Shown: positions 49,676 through 63,951, counted from the stretch's first letter. The stretch: 64,000 bases of DNA from Narcine bancroftii (GCF_036971445.1 NC_091471.1:132990001-133054000), one strand, 5' to 3'. Program-made: numbers and translations. Notes: generated from the letters alone by a model not told the origin.

Positions 49676-52341
49676 GTTGATGGAAGGAGAAGGAAAGAAA
49701 AGAATGGACTCAATAGAATTTCTGGTGTATTTTTGTTGAATGACAACACTGTCTGACTGGTTTAATGTAACCTAGATTGTATACCTAAAATGGATGGGAG
49801 GGGGGGGTGGGGGGGTGGCTTGGGAGGAGTGGGGGGGGGGGAGAAAAAGTCACTGTATATGTGTGAAAAAGAAAAAGTGTATAGCATGGCTAATGTGATT
49901 TATGGTGTGAAAAATTAAAAAATTTAAAAAAAAAGAGAAAGAAAGCAACTGAAGGGTGCACACATTGCTTCAATGTTTTGCATACAGTAGACCCCAGCCT
50001 CACTGGCAGTCAGCAGCAAGTTAGCTCATTCTCTGGAGCTCCTTTCACTTACTGGATTCAAGTTTTCCTTCAAGTTTATCTGTGACTTGCACTGTGATCA
50101 CTAGTCCATCTTTCAGCCTGTGGCTTCAAGAAATGGATGAGTGGAGTGGCATTTGATGAGAATCAGGCTGTGTAGTTATGTTAGGGAGTTTCTAAGCTAT
50201 ACAGTATCACAGCATGTTACCTCTCACTTTCATGGCAGCTCTGTGCACTTCTGCACTAGGGCAGTCAAAAGAAGAGCTCACCTCCTTCCAAGATGCCAAC
50301 AACATAGCAGCTACCACCAACAACTCCAAAAGGTAATGTTTTTATAGGATTCAGGGCCAAATCCACCTTGGTAATTTATTAACTATTTTTTTGCAGGTTA
50401 TTCAACTTGCCACTGGTACACTGCACAGGAGCAGATATTTAGCCAAAGCAGGAAAAAAAAAACGAATTCCAATTTCAAAACAACTATTTAATAATTTATC
50501 CCTTGCAATTTGAAACACAAAACTCAGCAGACTCTGCAGTTAAAATATAGAAATGTTGGAGGAACTCAGCAGGTCTCATGACACCCCAGTCTTTTAATTC
50601 ATTTGCCTGCCTGTTTTTTACTCATACCTTGAAGAAGGGCTCAGGCACAAAACGTTAGTTAATTTTGACTCCCTTTGAATGCTGCAGAGTTCCTCCAGTA
50701 TTTCTGTGTTTACCTCTTGCAGTTTGCAGGATTTTGATCACAAACTTCATCTGTTTTTCTTGCACTCCAACAGCATTCAAATCATAAAACTATTGGAAAC
50801 ATTTTGGGGCAGATCAAGATTACAAACTTTACTAAAATTTTCAACATACTTTTGGAAAGAAGAAGAAGAAGAAGAAACAAAAAAAAATAAATCACCAGAC
50901 TGACTGAATTACAATCATTTGCAGCTTGAGGAATTGGTGACACATACAGCAGAGGACAGTACTTGTATTGTAAAGCACAAGTAAACAGTTCACTTAAAAA
51001 CAGATAATGTTGGAAAGGGAGCAGGTCAGGACATCTGTGAAGAGATATGAAAATGCAAAGGCAAGCCCAGACCAGCACAACATCTACAAATACATAATGC
51101 TTCAACAGCACTTCTCGTACTTGTATTTCATTAAGCTAACAGACAGAAGACATTTGCAACAGTACACACAAGTCCTGACATTGAGTAGATCCTCATTAGA
51201 TACATATCACTTCTTTTTGGGCTTGCTACAGCAAACTCTCCCAATGTGCACCTGACAGCAAGCCTTTCCATTCCCATGTACAAAATACTCAATTTTCCAC
51301 TGACTTCTACAAACTCCCTATGAATCCTTGGAGCCAATCTTCACCAAGCTCTAATTTCCTAGTCCAATCAGTTCACTTACTGATTCTTTGCCTATCAATT
51401 TCCTTTTGAATTCTGCACTTTTTTCATTCAACTCCCAGCAATGCTCTGTGCCACGTTACGCAGGCCCAGATTTATCCCACTTTACCCAGGCCTATATTTA
51501 TCCCACATCCTTCATGCATTTAAAAGCCCCTGCCTACAGTGAACCCCGTACATTTGTAGACATCATGTTGTGCTTCATTTACAGTGGTAGTTCCTTGGGA
51601 AAAAAATTACGTTACTATACCTTGAACAGGCATTTAACACATAATAATTTCTAGGTGCGTATTCCTCAACTTTGACACTATGCACCCTCCTCTTCACAGG
51701 AAGCCATACATCCTCCAACCTCAAAGCTCCTCCTCCTTCATAGCCTGTATTTCTAGAATCAACTATGACTTGGAATCAAATTTGTATGAAATGGCATTTC
51801 TGGAAAATGCCAAGCTTTGTCACTGGAAGTTTAGTTTTCAAACAAACAAATGTCTATTTATTTAAGGATCTCAATTTTTAGGTTTACTGTTGAAAGACTG
51901 TCTCCACTGGTTAACAATAGTAATGGTTCAGCTGACATTCTGGGCTTCAGTTCACTTTCCTTCCTGCCACGTGGCTTATAAAGCACTGCACGATGAATCA
52001 CAGCAGTAAAGGCCATTTTAACCCTTCTCAAAACCTTTTTTTTTTAAATAAAATGCTTGATAATAGAGACACAAGCAGAAAATTCAAGCTTGTTCAAAAA
52101 CTGTCCAAGAAAGCAACAAGGGATATTATTTTTCTGATTCTAAAAATAAAAACACATGAAGTCAATATATTAAATCTCTGCTGCTGTTGGAACAAGTCTA
52201 AATAATAAGTTCAGTTACAAATGATAAAAGAACAGAGAGATTGTGGGAATCAGAGGTCAGAAACAAAGTGCAGAATGTACAGCAGCTGCAAAACTGAGAA
52301 TAGCCACAGTACACAAATCGGAGTGACACAGAGAGCAGCAG

Positions 52342-52358
52342 CCGCCACTAGAGGGCTG
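52342..52358 (+). promoter_or_regulatory. CTCF-like motif (gccactagagggc)
   Basis: Matches the CTCF core CCASYAGRKGGC in unique intronic sequence. Confidence 0.4.
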
Positions 52359-53155
52359 AGTAAAACTTGGCAATCCTACTCTGCACCAAGGGTAGCCCTT
52401 CTACACAGAGCTCGAGAGCTGGGTTTTATCTGCCTTTTGAGCTTTGTGTGAAAGAATCGCAAGGTAGTTTGGGGGGGGGGGGTGTCCAGACTTACCCATC
52501 TTCAATCCACCTAGGTAGGTAGTCTCATCGGTGGAGTATATTTGACTCACAGAGCCAACTTTTTTCGGTTCTGTGTGAACACACAAGCCAGCTTCCTAAG
52601 ATGGGTCATGCCTACGGGAATACAGCACTTTGCAGTATAGAAGGAGGCTAACAAGATGCTGCCTCTACTGGTGGACTAATGGAAACAAGGATAGAGAATT
52701 CTCACTGGTGAAAAAAAAATCACAAAAGGAAAAAAAGACAAAAGCTTCTTGAAGGTATTAAACCAGAAGATGCCTCACAAGGCTATTGAAATAAATACAA
52801 ACTGTGCATATTATGGGGTTAGTATTCTGGGGACAAGGAAAAATTTTGAATGGTTATAATCATGCATTGCAATTCCTATCAGGAATGAATTAGACACATG
52901 GTGTTTAGGATAGCATACCCTATGAAAAATGCCCAAAACAACAGGCAAAATTCAGTTTGACCAACCTCAGAGACTGGTTTTAATTAGTCTTGATGTGAGA
53001 TTTTAAATTGTGAAGTCTATGCACACACCTTTGTGCTTCTCAGTTCAGACTTTACATGTCCACAGAGAATCTGGTAATCTGGTGAAGAATCAGAACCAGA
53101 AAAAGCAATAGACTGTAGAGTCTGTCACATCTTATGCTTTACATGTAGGAATTTG

Positions 53156-56100
53156 TGTAGTGATAGAATGCTAGTCACCCTCCTGACCACTAAAGGGAGA
53201 CAGAGATTAGTTTGCTGCATGGATACAAGATGGATGCCTCCACACGGACCTAAGTGAGTTATTTAGCTAATAAATTAGTTGTTTTAAAAGAACCCAAGTT
53301 TATTTATTACAATAAAAGAAACATTACATCCTATCAGGAGTGCAAATTAGTCAATATAACAGTAGAGAAATGTAAAATGTGAATATTCCTGATGCTGTAA
53401 ATTGGACTGGAAATACTGACCATGAGTGGAGGCTGTTCAAAGATTCATACTGTACCTGCAAGCCATTGGAGTCAATAGCAAGTCTGATGTACAGAAGACT
53501 CCATTGCTACTTACCTTGGTGGGATCTGAAGCACTAGAGGTTTTAATACATTTGTTTTTGCTAGGTCAGATAACTAAAGCAAGTTTGACAAGGCTATCAA
53601 GATGTTTGATGACCAGAAAAAAAAATGAAACAGCTGCAGGGAGAGAGCTTTGATATGTTTTTTTTTTAAATACAAATGGACATGAAAAGCTGAAAGCTTC
53701 AATGATCCATGATCAAATTGTGTTTGGGATTATTGATAAGAAATTGAGAAAGCGGTTGCTGCGAGAGACAGAGCTTAACTTGGGTGGAGTTGTGAAGATA
53801 TGATGCGCCAGTGAATTAGCTCTGCAGCACACAAAAAAAGTTCAGTAAGGTCCAAAACCCAGTGAAAACAAAGGCATAGGCATAGCCACTGTGTGACCAC
53901 ACACACAAACAAAAAATTAGATATAGGAAACAACAACAAAAAAAATGGAGAGACATTCAAGTGTAAATGATGTGGCATTTAACATGCACCAAAACAATGC
54001 CCAACCTATGGAAAAGTCTGATAAGTTCAAAGGGCAGAATCACTAAGCAAAGCAAAGTTTTTCCAAAGGGAAATAAAACAGGTGAAAGCATGCATACTGT
54101 ACACACTATAGAAGAAACTGCTCTCCGTGATACACTTTGAGGCCATGGTAGTGCAGGAAGATTATAAACCAACAGACACTGAACAGTCAAGTGTGAACAG
54201 ATTCAAGCAGGACAAGTGGACGGTGTCATTGCATACAAATGTTCCTTTCAAGCTGGACACCAGGAAATCCAAGCAGATTGCAGCTGAAACAGAAAATGAT
54301 AGGTCTATAGAACGTCATCAAGAATCTGAATGAAGAGGAGTCATGTGATGGAGTAGTGGCCGGTCAGGAAAATCACCCCTATCCAGGAAAATAGGAAAAA
54401 AGTTAGAAAAAAGCAAAGCATAACAAAAATAAAATATAAGAAATAGAAGATAAAGATACAGAGAAGAGAAAGAAGATGGCTTCCAAGAAGGAGAAAGTAA
54501 AAGCAACTGGAAAAATAGTAGAAAAGTCACCGGAGAAGAAAAAGGCCTTACCTGCAAGAAGGAACTGGGCACTGCGGTGGCAAGGAGCGCCCGACCCCTG
54601 AGATCAGTGCCTGCCCTCCAGAGTCGTGACTCACCAGCCAGTGAACTACAAAAATGGCTCTCAGAGCCAATCAAAAGTGCGCAAAGAGGACAACCGGCGA
54701 GAGGGGGGGCTCAGCAGAAGAGCAGGCTGCCACAGAGCGAACAGCTGAGGAATGTCCGACACCAGGGCGCTCAGCTGGAGGACGAGGAAGGCAGCAGAAG
54801 AGGGAGCAATGAAAGGTGTGGGAGATAGACAGAGGGATGACTGACAAGAAGATCAATGTCAGGAAGCACAACAGACGAGCAGACCAGGAGGGGAGGACCA
54901 GCAAGAAGAGGCCCGACAAAGAGATACAAGCAGCTCATCAGGAAAAATGGAAGAGACACAGACAAATAAGAGAAGACACAAACACAGGTACAGACACAGA
55001 AGAAGAGGAAGAAGAAGACCAAGATCTTCACAGAGAAATAGAAGGTAAAACTGATGGACAAAGATAAATAAAAGGTAAAACTGATGAACAGAATATAGAT
55101 AAAGTTTTTTTTTGAAGAACAAATGAGATCACTAAAAGAATGGTTATCATTAGAATTTAATGCAATTAAAAGGAAAATGAAAAGAACAGAAAATGCAAAG
55201 GTTAAAACTGGTAATGACAGAAATAGAGAAAAGAGTAGAGAATGTGGAAGAGTGGGGAATGGCTGTAGAAATGGAAGTAAATAACTTAAAAGAAAAATTG
55301 GAAAAAAGTGAAAAAAATTAGAGACACAAGAGTTGTTAGCTCAGAAAATTTATATGTTGGAAAATTATAGTAGGCGAAACAACATAAAAATAGTGGGCCT
55401 GAAGGAGGGTGAAGAAGGCACAGACATGAAGGAATTTATAAAAGGATGGATCCTGAAGGTTCTGGAAACAACAGAAATGCAGGAAGAAATGGAAATAGAA
55501 AGGGCACACAGAGCATTAGCTCCAAAATCACAGGCACATCAAAAACCAAGATCCATCTTAGTAAAATTTTTGAGATACACGACAAGAGAAAATATACTGG
55601 AATGGGCAAGGAATAAAGTTAGAGAAGATAATAAACCATTGGAATACAAGGGTCAAAAAATATTTTTTTTACCCAGACATAAATTTTGAACTCTTAGAGG
55701 AGGAAGGAGTTTAATATAGCAAAATCGATTTTATGGAAAAAAGGTTACAAATTCACATTTAGATATCAAGCTGTGCTTAAAATATTTATACCCGGGAAGC
55801 AAAACAGACTCTTCTCAGATCCAGAGAAAGTGCAAGAATTTGCAGAACATTTGCAGGACAGGCGAAGAGATGAAGAGATGTAACAAGAATGAAGAACGGC
55901 GATAAAGTATATATAAAGATGTAAAAACAATGTATATGTAAAGAACTAGAGAGGGAAAATAGAAGGGAAGGAAGGAAGTGAGGGGGGAAAAAAGAGGGTT
56001 TTGTTATGTGTTAAAAGAAGTGTTTTCTGGAGAGGGCTGGGTAGAGGGGGAATAACCATCACTGCAAAATCAGTTGACGGTGCGAACAAGAACGCAATCC

Positions 56101-59100
56101 AAATGAAAAGGGGAGTTGTGGTTGCCCGGAAAGGGATATGGGGCAACTCAGAGGGGGGGGGACTTTTGGGGTTAAGGTTTTAGTGGATGTGGGAACTGCG
56201 CGGGTACTTTATTTCTTAAATGTGTTGGTGTACATTAAGTGTAATAAGAGAAAACTAAGAGATAAAAATTAGGAAAAGGGGGATGGAGGTGGCGAAGAAG
56301 TGTATGCAAGATACAAGATGGTCATGTTGAATTATATGACTATAAACATTAATGGAATATATTACCAAATTAAAAGGAAGAGGTTACTAAATTTAGTAGG
56401 AAAAAATAGATATATACAGCATTTGTGCAGGAAATGCATCTAACTGAAGCAGAACATAACAAAGAGAGACTGGGTAGGACACGCAACAGCAGCATCCTAT
56501 AATTCAAAAGCTAGAGGTGTAGCCATACTAGCTAATAAAATTGTACCAATTAAAATAGAGGAGGAAATAATAGATCCTGCAGGGAGGTATGCAATGATAA
56601 AGTGTCAAGATATACTCAGAATTTTGGAATTTGCTCAATATATATGCATCTAACAAGGAGGATCAAAAGTTTATGCAGGATATTTTTTTTGAAGATTGCA
56701 GACACACAAGGAATAGATTGATAGGAGGGGATTTTAACTTTAATTTGGACCCAATGTTGGATAAAACTGGACAAAAGACAAGTAAAAAGAATAAAGTAGC
56801 CAATTTTTTGGTTAAATCAAAGCAGGAAATGAAACTTATGGATATATGGAGGAGGCAACACCCAAGAGAGAAGGAATTTTCATATTATTCGAGTAGGCAC
56901 CAAACTTACTCAAGGATTGATATGTTTTTGTTGTCGGCCCATATTCAAGGGAGAGTGAGGAAAACTGAGTATAAAGCTAGACTACTATCAGATCATTCAC
57001 CCCTATTATTAGCAATAGAACTGGAGGCCATCCCACCAAGAACATATAGATGGAGGTTAGGGAGTTTATTGAATGCCAAATTAAAACATTCTTTGAAATA
57101 AACACAGGATCAGTGAAAGACAAATTTATATTATGGGATGCAATGAAAGCCTTCACTAGAGGGCAGATAATAAGTTATGTGACTAAGATGAAAAAGGATT
57201 ACAATCAGGAAATAGAGCAGTTGGAAAGGGAGATAGTAAGTACAGAAAATAAACCAGTAAAAAGGGATGATATAACAAAAAGGAGAGAATTGGCAGATAA
57301 AAAAATTGAAAACGAAACATTACAAACGTAGAAGGTGGAGAAGAACATAATGAAAACAAAAGTGTTACAAACTGGGACAAAAAACACATAAAATATCAGC
57401 CTGGCAACTTAAAACAGAACAAGCTAAAAGAACGATACTGCCACCAAAAAAAAAGGACAAACAAATTACATATAACCCAACAGAGATTAATGAAAATTTT
57501 AAGGAATTTTATGAACAATTGTATCAAACTGAGAACGAGGGGAAAGATGATAAAATAGAGGAATTTTTAGCTACAATTGAACTGCCAAAATTGCAAGAAG
57601 AGGAACAAAACAAACTAACAAAACCATTTGAAATAGAGGAAGTACAGGATATATTAAAAAAGCTGCTGAACAATAAAACACTAGGAGAGGATGGATTTCC
57701 AATAGAATTTTATAAAACATTTAGAGTTATTTATTTCTCCTCTCCTGGAAGTAATGAAAATGTCTCTAAACTTATAAATCTAATCCACACAGTTCAAGGA
57801 AATACGAAACCAACAGTGGCTGTTGCTCTAGACGCAGAAAAAGCCTTTGACAGAGTAGAGTGGAACTACTTAATTAAAATATTACAGAAGTTCAATCTAC
57901 CAGGAAAATATATAAATTGGATTAAAGCATATAATGGATCATTGATGAAGGTAGCAATAAATGGATATGTATCGAGTCACTTTAAATTAAGTAGGTCAAC
58001 TAGACAGGGATGTCCACTATCCCCCTCATTGTTCGCCTTAGCAACAGAACCTTTGGCAGAACTGATAAGAATAGAAAATAAAATAATAGGGATAAAAATC
58101 AAAGAGAAGGAGCATAAAATCAGTTTATTTGCAGATGACATCATAGTATACCTAATAGAACCAGAAGTATCAGTAAAAGAATTACATAAGAAATTGAAGG
58201 AATATGGAGAAATATCAGGGTACAAGATCAATGCAAATAAAAGTGAAGTGATGCCAATGAGTTACGCAGTCTATACAGAATTTAAAAAAGAATCACCATT
58301 TAAATGGCAAGCACAAGCAATCCGATACCTAGGAATCAGGTTAGATAAGCCACTTGTACAAACTAAATTATCAGCCACTAATAAAGAAATTGCAGGAAGA
58401 CTTAGAACATTGGAAGGAATTACCGCTAACGTTGATAGGGAGGGTAAACTGCATTAAAATGAACGTGTTTCCAAGGATACAATACTTATTTCAAACATTA
58501 CCAATTATTTTAACAGAAAAATTCTTTAATGAACTAAAGGGAATAATAAGGAAATTCTTGTGGAAAGGGAGGAAACCAAAGGTAGCATTAGATAAATTAA
58601 CAGAAAGGTATAATCAAGGTGGTTTGCAGTTACCAAATTTTAGAAATTATTATAGAGCCGCACAATTAAGGTATTTATCAGATTTTTACCAGACAAGGGA
58701 AAAACTAGACTGGACTAAGATAGAACTAGATAAAATAGGGGAGAAGGTACAGGAACATATACTTTATAAGTGGGATGAAAAGCTGGTGTAATATAAAAAC
58801 TCACCAGTACCGCATCATTTACTTAATACATGGAAGAAGGTCCACTTAGAAAGGAAAAAAAACAAATGATCAAATACCAAAATTATTATTGACGCAAAAT
58901 CCGCTAATCCTTTTTACAATAGACAACCTTTCCTTTAGAGAATGGGAAAGAAAAGGAATCAAAAGAATACAAAATTGTTTTTTGGGGAACAATTTATTAA
59001 CATTTGAACAGTTGAAGTACAAAAATGGAATAACTCATGGTACAATGTTTGCATATCATCAATTGAAATGCAAACATTGTACCATGAGTTATTCCATATT

Positions 59101-61646
59101 TGTACTTCAACTGTTCAAATGTCAATTGAAAGCTTACTTAAAGGATAAATTGGGAAACAGCTTGAGATTACCTGAAGGAAGCAGCTTTGAATATGTGATT
59201 ACAGACGCAATGATAATTAAAAGATTTATAACCAACATGTACATTAAGCTGCAAGATAAGGAAAATGAAATAAACTATAAACCTAAGCAGAAGTGGGAAA
59301 AGGATCTAAACATAAAGATAAAAAATGAAATATGGGAAAAGTTATGTTCTGGAACTATGAAGAATACAATAAACACAATGTTACACATGATACAGTATAA
59401 TTGGTTACACAGGGTATATATTACTCCTCAAAAATTAAAAAAAAATGGGATTCAACATTATTGGATAGTTGTTTTCGCTGTCAGAAGGAAATGGGAACAA
59501 CATTATATCCAACTTGGGCATGTATGAAAGTGAATACATTTTGGGAAGAACTAAATCAGATACTAAATAAAATTACAAAAAATAACATACCAAAAAAAAA
59601 AAAATTTCTTTTAATTAACATGGGAAGTAGAGAATTAGACCTCAAATTGGATAAAGTGCAAAAAAAAATTCATTATGATAGCCTTACCGATAGCAAAAAA
59701 ATGTATCATGTCAATTTGGAAAATGGAAGAGACCATGAGTATACAGCAATGGTACATGGAAATGAATAAATGTATTCCATTGGAAAAAAATAACATTTAA
59801 TTTAAAAAATAAAGTCACAATGTTCGAACAAATTTGGGAACTATACATGGAACATATCAGAGAGAGCTTGCCTACGACCTCCATCCCCTAAAATGGGAAT
59901 GATAAGACAAAATGACTAGATTCAGTGTGTAATAAATGCATTTATTACATTATGTGTAATAGATGCATTTTTCTTGTTTATTTTCCTTTGTGTGAAGATA
60001 TTGTTTTATGGTTTTATTGTATTGTATATCTTGAATATTTATGGGTTTTGGAGGGGGGTGGGGAGAGGGGAGGGAGGGAAAGGGGAAAAAAAAGGGAGAA
60101 AAGACCACTGTGTAAATTTCATGAGAAACGTTTGTACATATTTTGATTGATTTGGTTCATAGTGTGAAAAATAAAAAATAATATTAAGAAAATTTGAATG
60201 AATGATGGCCTAGAGATGAATGTCAGCCATAATACAACATCAGAGCTGAGTGTTGTCAATGGGCTTCTACTCAGACAGAGCAGAATTGTCATTCCTCAAT
60301 AAGTGTGACAAGAAATGCTGAAAGGGGTGTACGAGGGTCACTTTAAAATGGGAAAAATGCAAGAGGACCAGAACTGCTGTTTATTGGCTAGCGATAAACA
60401 CTGACATTGACAGAATGGTTTCAAGCGATGATACCGGTTTGAAATACTACACCAATCAGACAAAGGAATCCATGATCATAACTGACTTACCAGCAGAACC
60501 ATGGCAGAAAGTAGGGACTGATCTGTTCCACCTGGATGAAAGAATTACTTGCTGGTTATTGATTATCTATCAAACTATCCGGAGAATGCATTGGTTCCTA
60601 ACATGTCCGCTGTTTTCAACGATATGAAATCAGTCTTTGAAAGACATGGAATTCCTCAAATTCTCTACAGTTGTAGAGAATTCCAGAACTTTGCAAAAGA
60701 GTACGATTTTTGACATGGACTTCAAATCCTCTACATCCATAGACAAACAGTAAAACAGAGAAAGTTCACATAGTTTAAAAAGTTGCTCAAGAAAGCACTA
60801 GACGGTGGCTCAGATCCGATTCTAGCTCTATTGAGTTACAGAAATTCACCACGTGAACATGGCATGTCACCCGCTGAGCTTCTGATGGGATGTAGACTAC
60901 GCACCACACTTCCTTCTCGGCAGACCCAAACAAAAACAGATATCAAATGGAAACAAAAGTGTCTGCAATGGAGACAAAAAGCAAACTATGACAAGTCAGC
61001 AAGAGGTTTAGGGCCACTGGCACAACATGACACAGTGAGACCCAGAGATTCCAACATTTGGGAGAAGAAGGCCACTGTTCTGGAGGAAGTAAATCCAAGA
61101 TCCTTCACTATCAGAACAGAGGGTGGTCAAATACTGAGGAGGAATCAAAAGAGCCTGCTGAAAGTGAAAGGGACACTGCAGGAACAGACAAATGCAGAAG
61201 ATCCAGCCTGGACAGCAACAGAGGAAACACCCCCAGTGCTAGACAGGAGTGAACCAGCAGAGCTGACACAAGCATCTGTGTTAAGAAGACCCACCTGTGT
61301 TATCAAGGCACCTGACAGGCTGAATCACTAAAAGAAAAAAAGAACTGCACACTTAATAAGTTTGTACTGCTGATGTTTGGGTTTACATTTGTGTTGAATT
61401 TTAAATGGAAATTAATACTGTATTAGTATGTCAAGTGGTTAGATTAAACATCTCAAGGAAAGGGGATGTAATGATAGAGTGCTAGTGATCCTACTGACCA
61501 CTGGAGAGACTCAGAGACTAGTTTGGTTACAACTTGGTTTGGATTCAAGATGGATGGCTCCACACAGTCTTGTGTACTTTAGATAATAAAGTACAATTGT
61601 TTTATAAGAACTCAACTTTCTTTATTACAATAAAAGAAACATCACT
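53156..61646 (+). mobile_element. Older Gypsy LTR element, RT/RNase H deleted; LTRs 53156-53328 and 61467-61646; TSD TTTG
   Basis: Diverged but alignable LTRs; degenerate tRNA-Leu-like PBS (tcctatcaggagtg); gag knuckle; FKLDT protease start; integrase (PWQKVGTDLF, ALLSYRNSP..SPAELLMG); PPT aaggaaagggga. Confidence 0.85.
54335..60190 (+). mobile_element. Near full-length degraded L1 nested in the Gypsy element
   Basis: Related to 44004-49942; TSD aat(c/t)tgaatgaa at 54323-54334 and 60191-60202; frameshifts and an RT deletion. Confidence 0.92.
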
Positions 61647-62500
61647 TTTGAAGTGAAATCATTGCTGACAGAAGAATTACAGTATACCAGCCAATGTGTG
61701 CATAGTACATTGTCCCTTGTGTGACTGAGGGTAAAATAACCAGATGCTTGATTTAGTGTTATTAGATTACAGATTCTTAACCATTGTCAGGAACACAGGA
61801 GCAAACTCGCCTGCTTTCTTTGAAATGGTTTCATTGAAGTATTTACCCTCAATTTAATACTTCAGGTCATACTTCCAAATGTGTGCCTTAATTTGGGACT
61901 CAAGTCTCTGCAGTGCAACTTGAGCTCACAACCTTTGAATTCAGGAGGATCCATGCGAGCATTGAGCTGCTGACTCCCAAAGATAATAGTGTTCATGCAC
62001 TGTAGTTAGAAAATCGGTCATTTCTCTTAACCTTTCGGTTAATTTAATGTACTCCAAATAAAATCCTTGGACTTAGTTAATTATGGAATTCAAATTCCAA
62101 TCTTCAGGATCCTTCCCTAATATTTTCTTCGCTCTCTTCTAGAGCTACAGTGGTAGTGCTACCATTTTGATTAACCACTTGAATCCCATTACAAAACTGA
62201 ATAATTAACTACCAATAACTGTGTCAGGTCATACATGAATGCCAATACACTCTAACTTTCAGTTGTACATTTCAGTAAGTACACATATTTGGGCTCTTAC
62301 ATACTCTGCATCCCTGTTATAGCTTGAAATACAACATAATCCATGTAAATTTTATATTTTTCTTTTTTATTTTCAGTCGTACGTATAGATGGATGCAAGT
62401 CGCATTGGTTGCAAGTTGGGGAGTACCTGTATACTGGAATATAACAAGCAAAATAAGATGTTTTTAAAAAAAAACATAAAAGATCCATCCACCAATTTAC

Positions 62501-62614
62501 CTTGAGCGCATTATGCAATTCAGAGATGTCATACTGGAGGGGAGTCTTCATGAGCCCAACAATTACTTTCTCAAACTTCCCTCCCAATTCAGACTTTAGA
62601 TCCTCAAGGAGATC
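62501..62614 (-). CDS. ANXA5: Annexin A5 exon equivalent to human exon 5 (114 bp): DLLEDLKSELGGKFEKVIVGLMKTPLQYDISELHNALK
   Basis: Matches human DLLDDLKSELTGKFEKLIVALMK...ELKHALK; canonical size; cag/gtaaat sites. Confidence 0.93.
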
Positions 62615-63125
62615 CTGTTGCACACAAAGTTAATATTAGTGTATTCTTTTTTTAAGAATTGTAAACTGAACACAGCTAAATAGGTCAGATTGGGTAGAAG
62701 ATGAGACTAGCAGCAAAAGAATAAAAATTTGCAAGTCATTTTCAGAATGGATACAAGTCAATAAACAATAGGTGCTGGAGTAGGCCAATTGGCCCTTTGA
62801 GCCAGCATCACCATTTATCGGATCATGGCTGATCTTTCCCTTTCAATAACCAATCCCAGCCTCATACCCATAACTCTTAAGTCGTACATCAAAGTAACCA
62901 AGAACACAGAAGTAGATAACTATAACATTGTTAATAAAGATAACAGAATTTTATATTGAACTACACACTAATACTCTGCCTTTATAAAGAAAGGAGATAA
63001 AAACTCAATCACAGAAATGTTGATGAAATTATTTATTTTAAATTAGTTAAATAAATTATTTTAAATATTTGCAGCCACTGTTATCCCAACAAGCAAAGGA
63101 ACTTGTAACTTATTTGCAACATGTA

Positions 63126-63951
63126 CAACTCCGATGATCTGAAATCAGATTATCTGAAATTTTTTTGGACCCGGAAGCGACGTCTGTTCGCCTCTGAAAA
63201 TTTTCGAATAAATGAAGATATCTGAAGCAATCAAAAATCCTTAGTGATCTGAAATTTTTTCAAAGCCAAATTGACCACAGTTTGAAAAAAAAAAATCACC
63301 AAACATGAATTATAACAATTGTCTCGTATCAGGTAACTCCCTCCCCTCTCTCTTTCCATTTCTTCTTTACTTCTCCTATTGACTTTTCTCTCCAACTCTC
63401 CCACTCAAACTGTGTGCCACTGTCTCCCTGCCACAAGTGGTCAGAAGAATCCCTGGTCCCAGTATCATCAAGGAGAGCAGCCTCCCGGGCAAGAGCAGGG
63501 ACCTCAGGCTCCTGGGCAAGAGCTGGACTTTGGTGGGGAGTTATCAGTGATCGTCAGCAGCAGTTGGGAGGGGGTAGTATGCGCAGGTGAAGACTGGGTC
63601 TCTATCGGGCTCCAACATCAAGAACGAGGATACAAAGCTGGAACAGCCCCTGATGGAATGAGCCTATGGGGAGACAGGATCCCATCAACATGCCAGTGAG
63701 TGTTCCACCGGTCTGGGAAGCCTTCCCGGGAATTGGTGACAGTGTTAGGGATATGTTGGGGATTGGCGGAGGCCAGCACTTTTTTGGTGAGATTAAACAT
63801 AATTTTAATGCTTAAAAAGCCTTCCCTTGTTTGTTGTTTAAACATCGATACAAGTGATTTGCTGTTGCTACTGGGAAAAAATGGCCAGTTGTGCAGAAAA
63901 AAAGTCAGCCAAAATAGGTCCAGTCCCAACCATTTTGGATAATCCGAGTTG
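63126..63951. mobile_element. Non-autonomous Tc1/pogo (Tigger-like) DNA transposon
   Basis: TA flanks; TIRs caactccgatgatctgaaat and attttggataatccgagttg; repeated atctgaa subterminal motifs. Confidence 0.7.

Larger units (their letters stand above)
44004..49942 (+). mobile_element. Full-length young L1-clade LINE, 9-bp TSD aagcaactg
   Basis: TSD at 43995-44003 and 49943-49951; open ORF1 and ORF2; G-rich 3'UTR; A-rich tail. Confidence 0.96.

Noticed and set aside
52496-52595. Possible 100-nt coding cassette exon in ANXA5 intron 5
   Set aside because: Weak polypyrimidine tract, frame-shifting in a phase-0 intron, and no annexin similarity.
55036-55095. Tandem duplication of about 30 bp in degraded L1 ORF1
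   Set aside because: Ordinary slippage in a dead element.
9956-62614. ANXA6 or ANXA4 assignment (TDEKCLIEILASRTN and KCIR..PEYFAE look A6-like)
   Set aside because: The stop right after repeat IV excludes the eight-repeat A6; YMKISGYQIEE...ETSGNL and LFQAGELK fit A5 best. A tree would be decisive.
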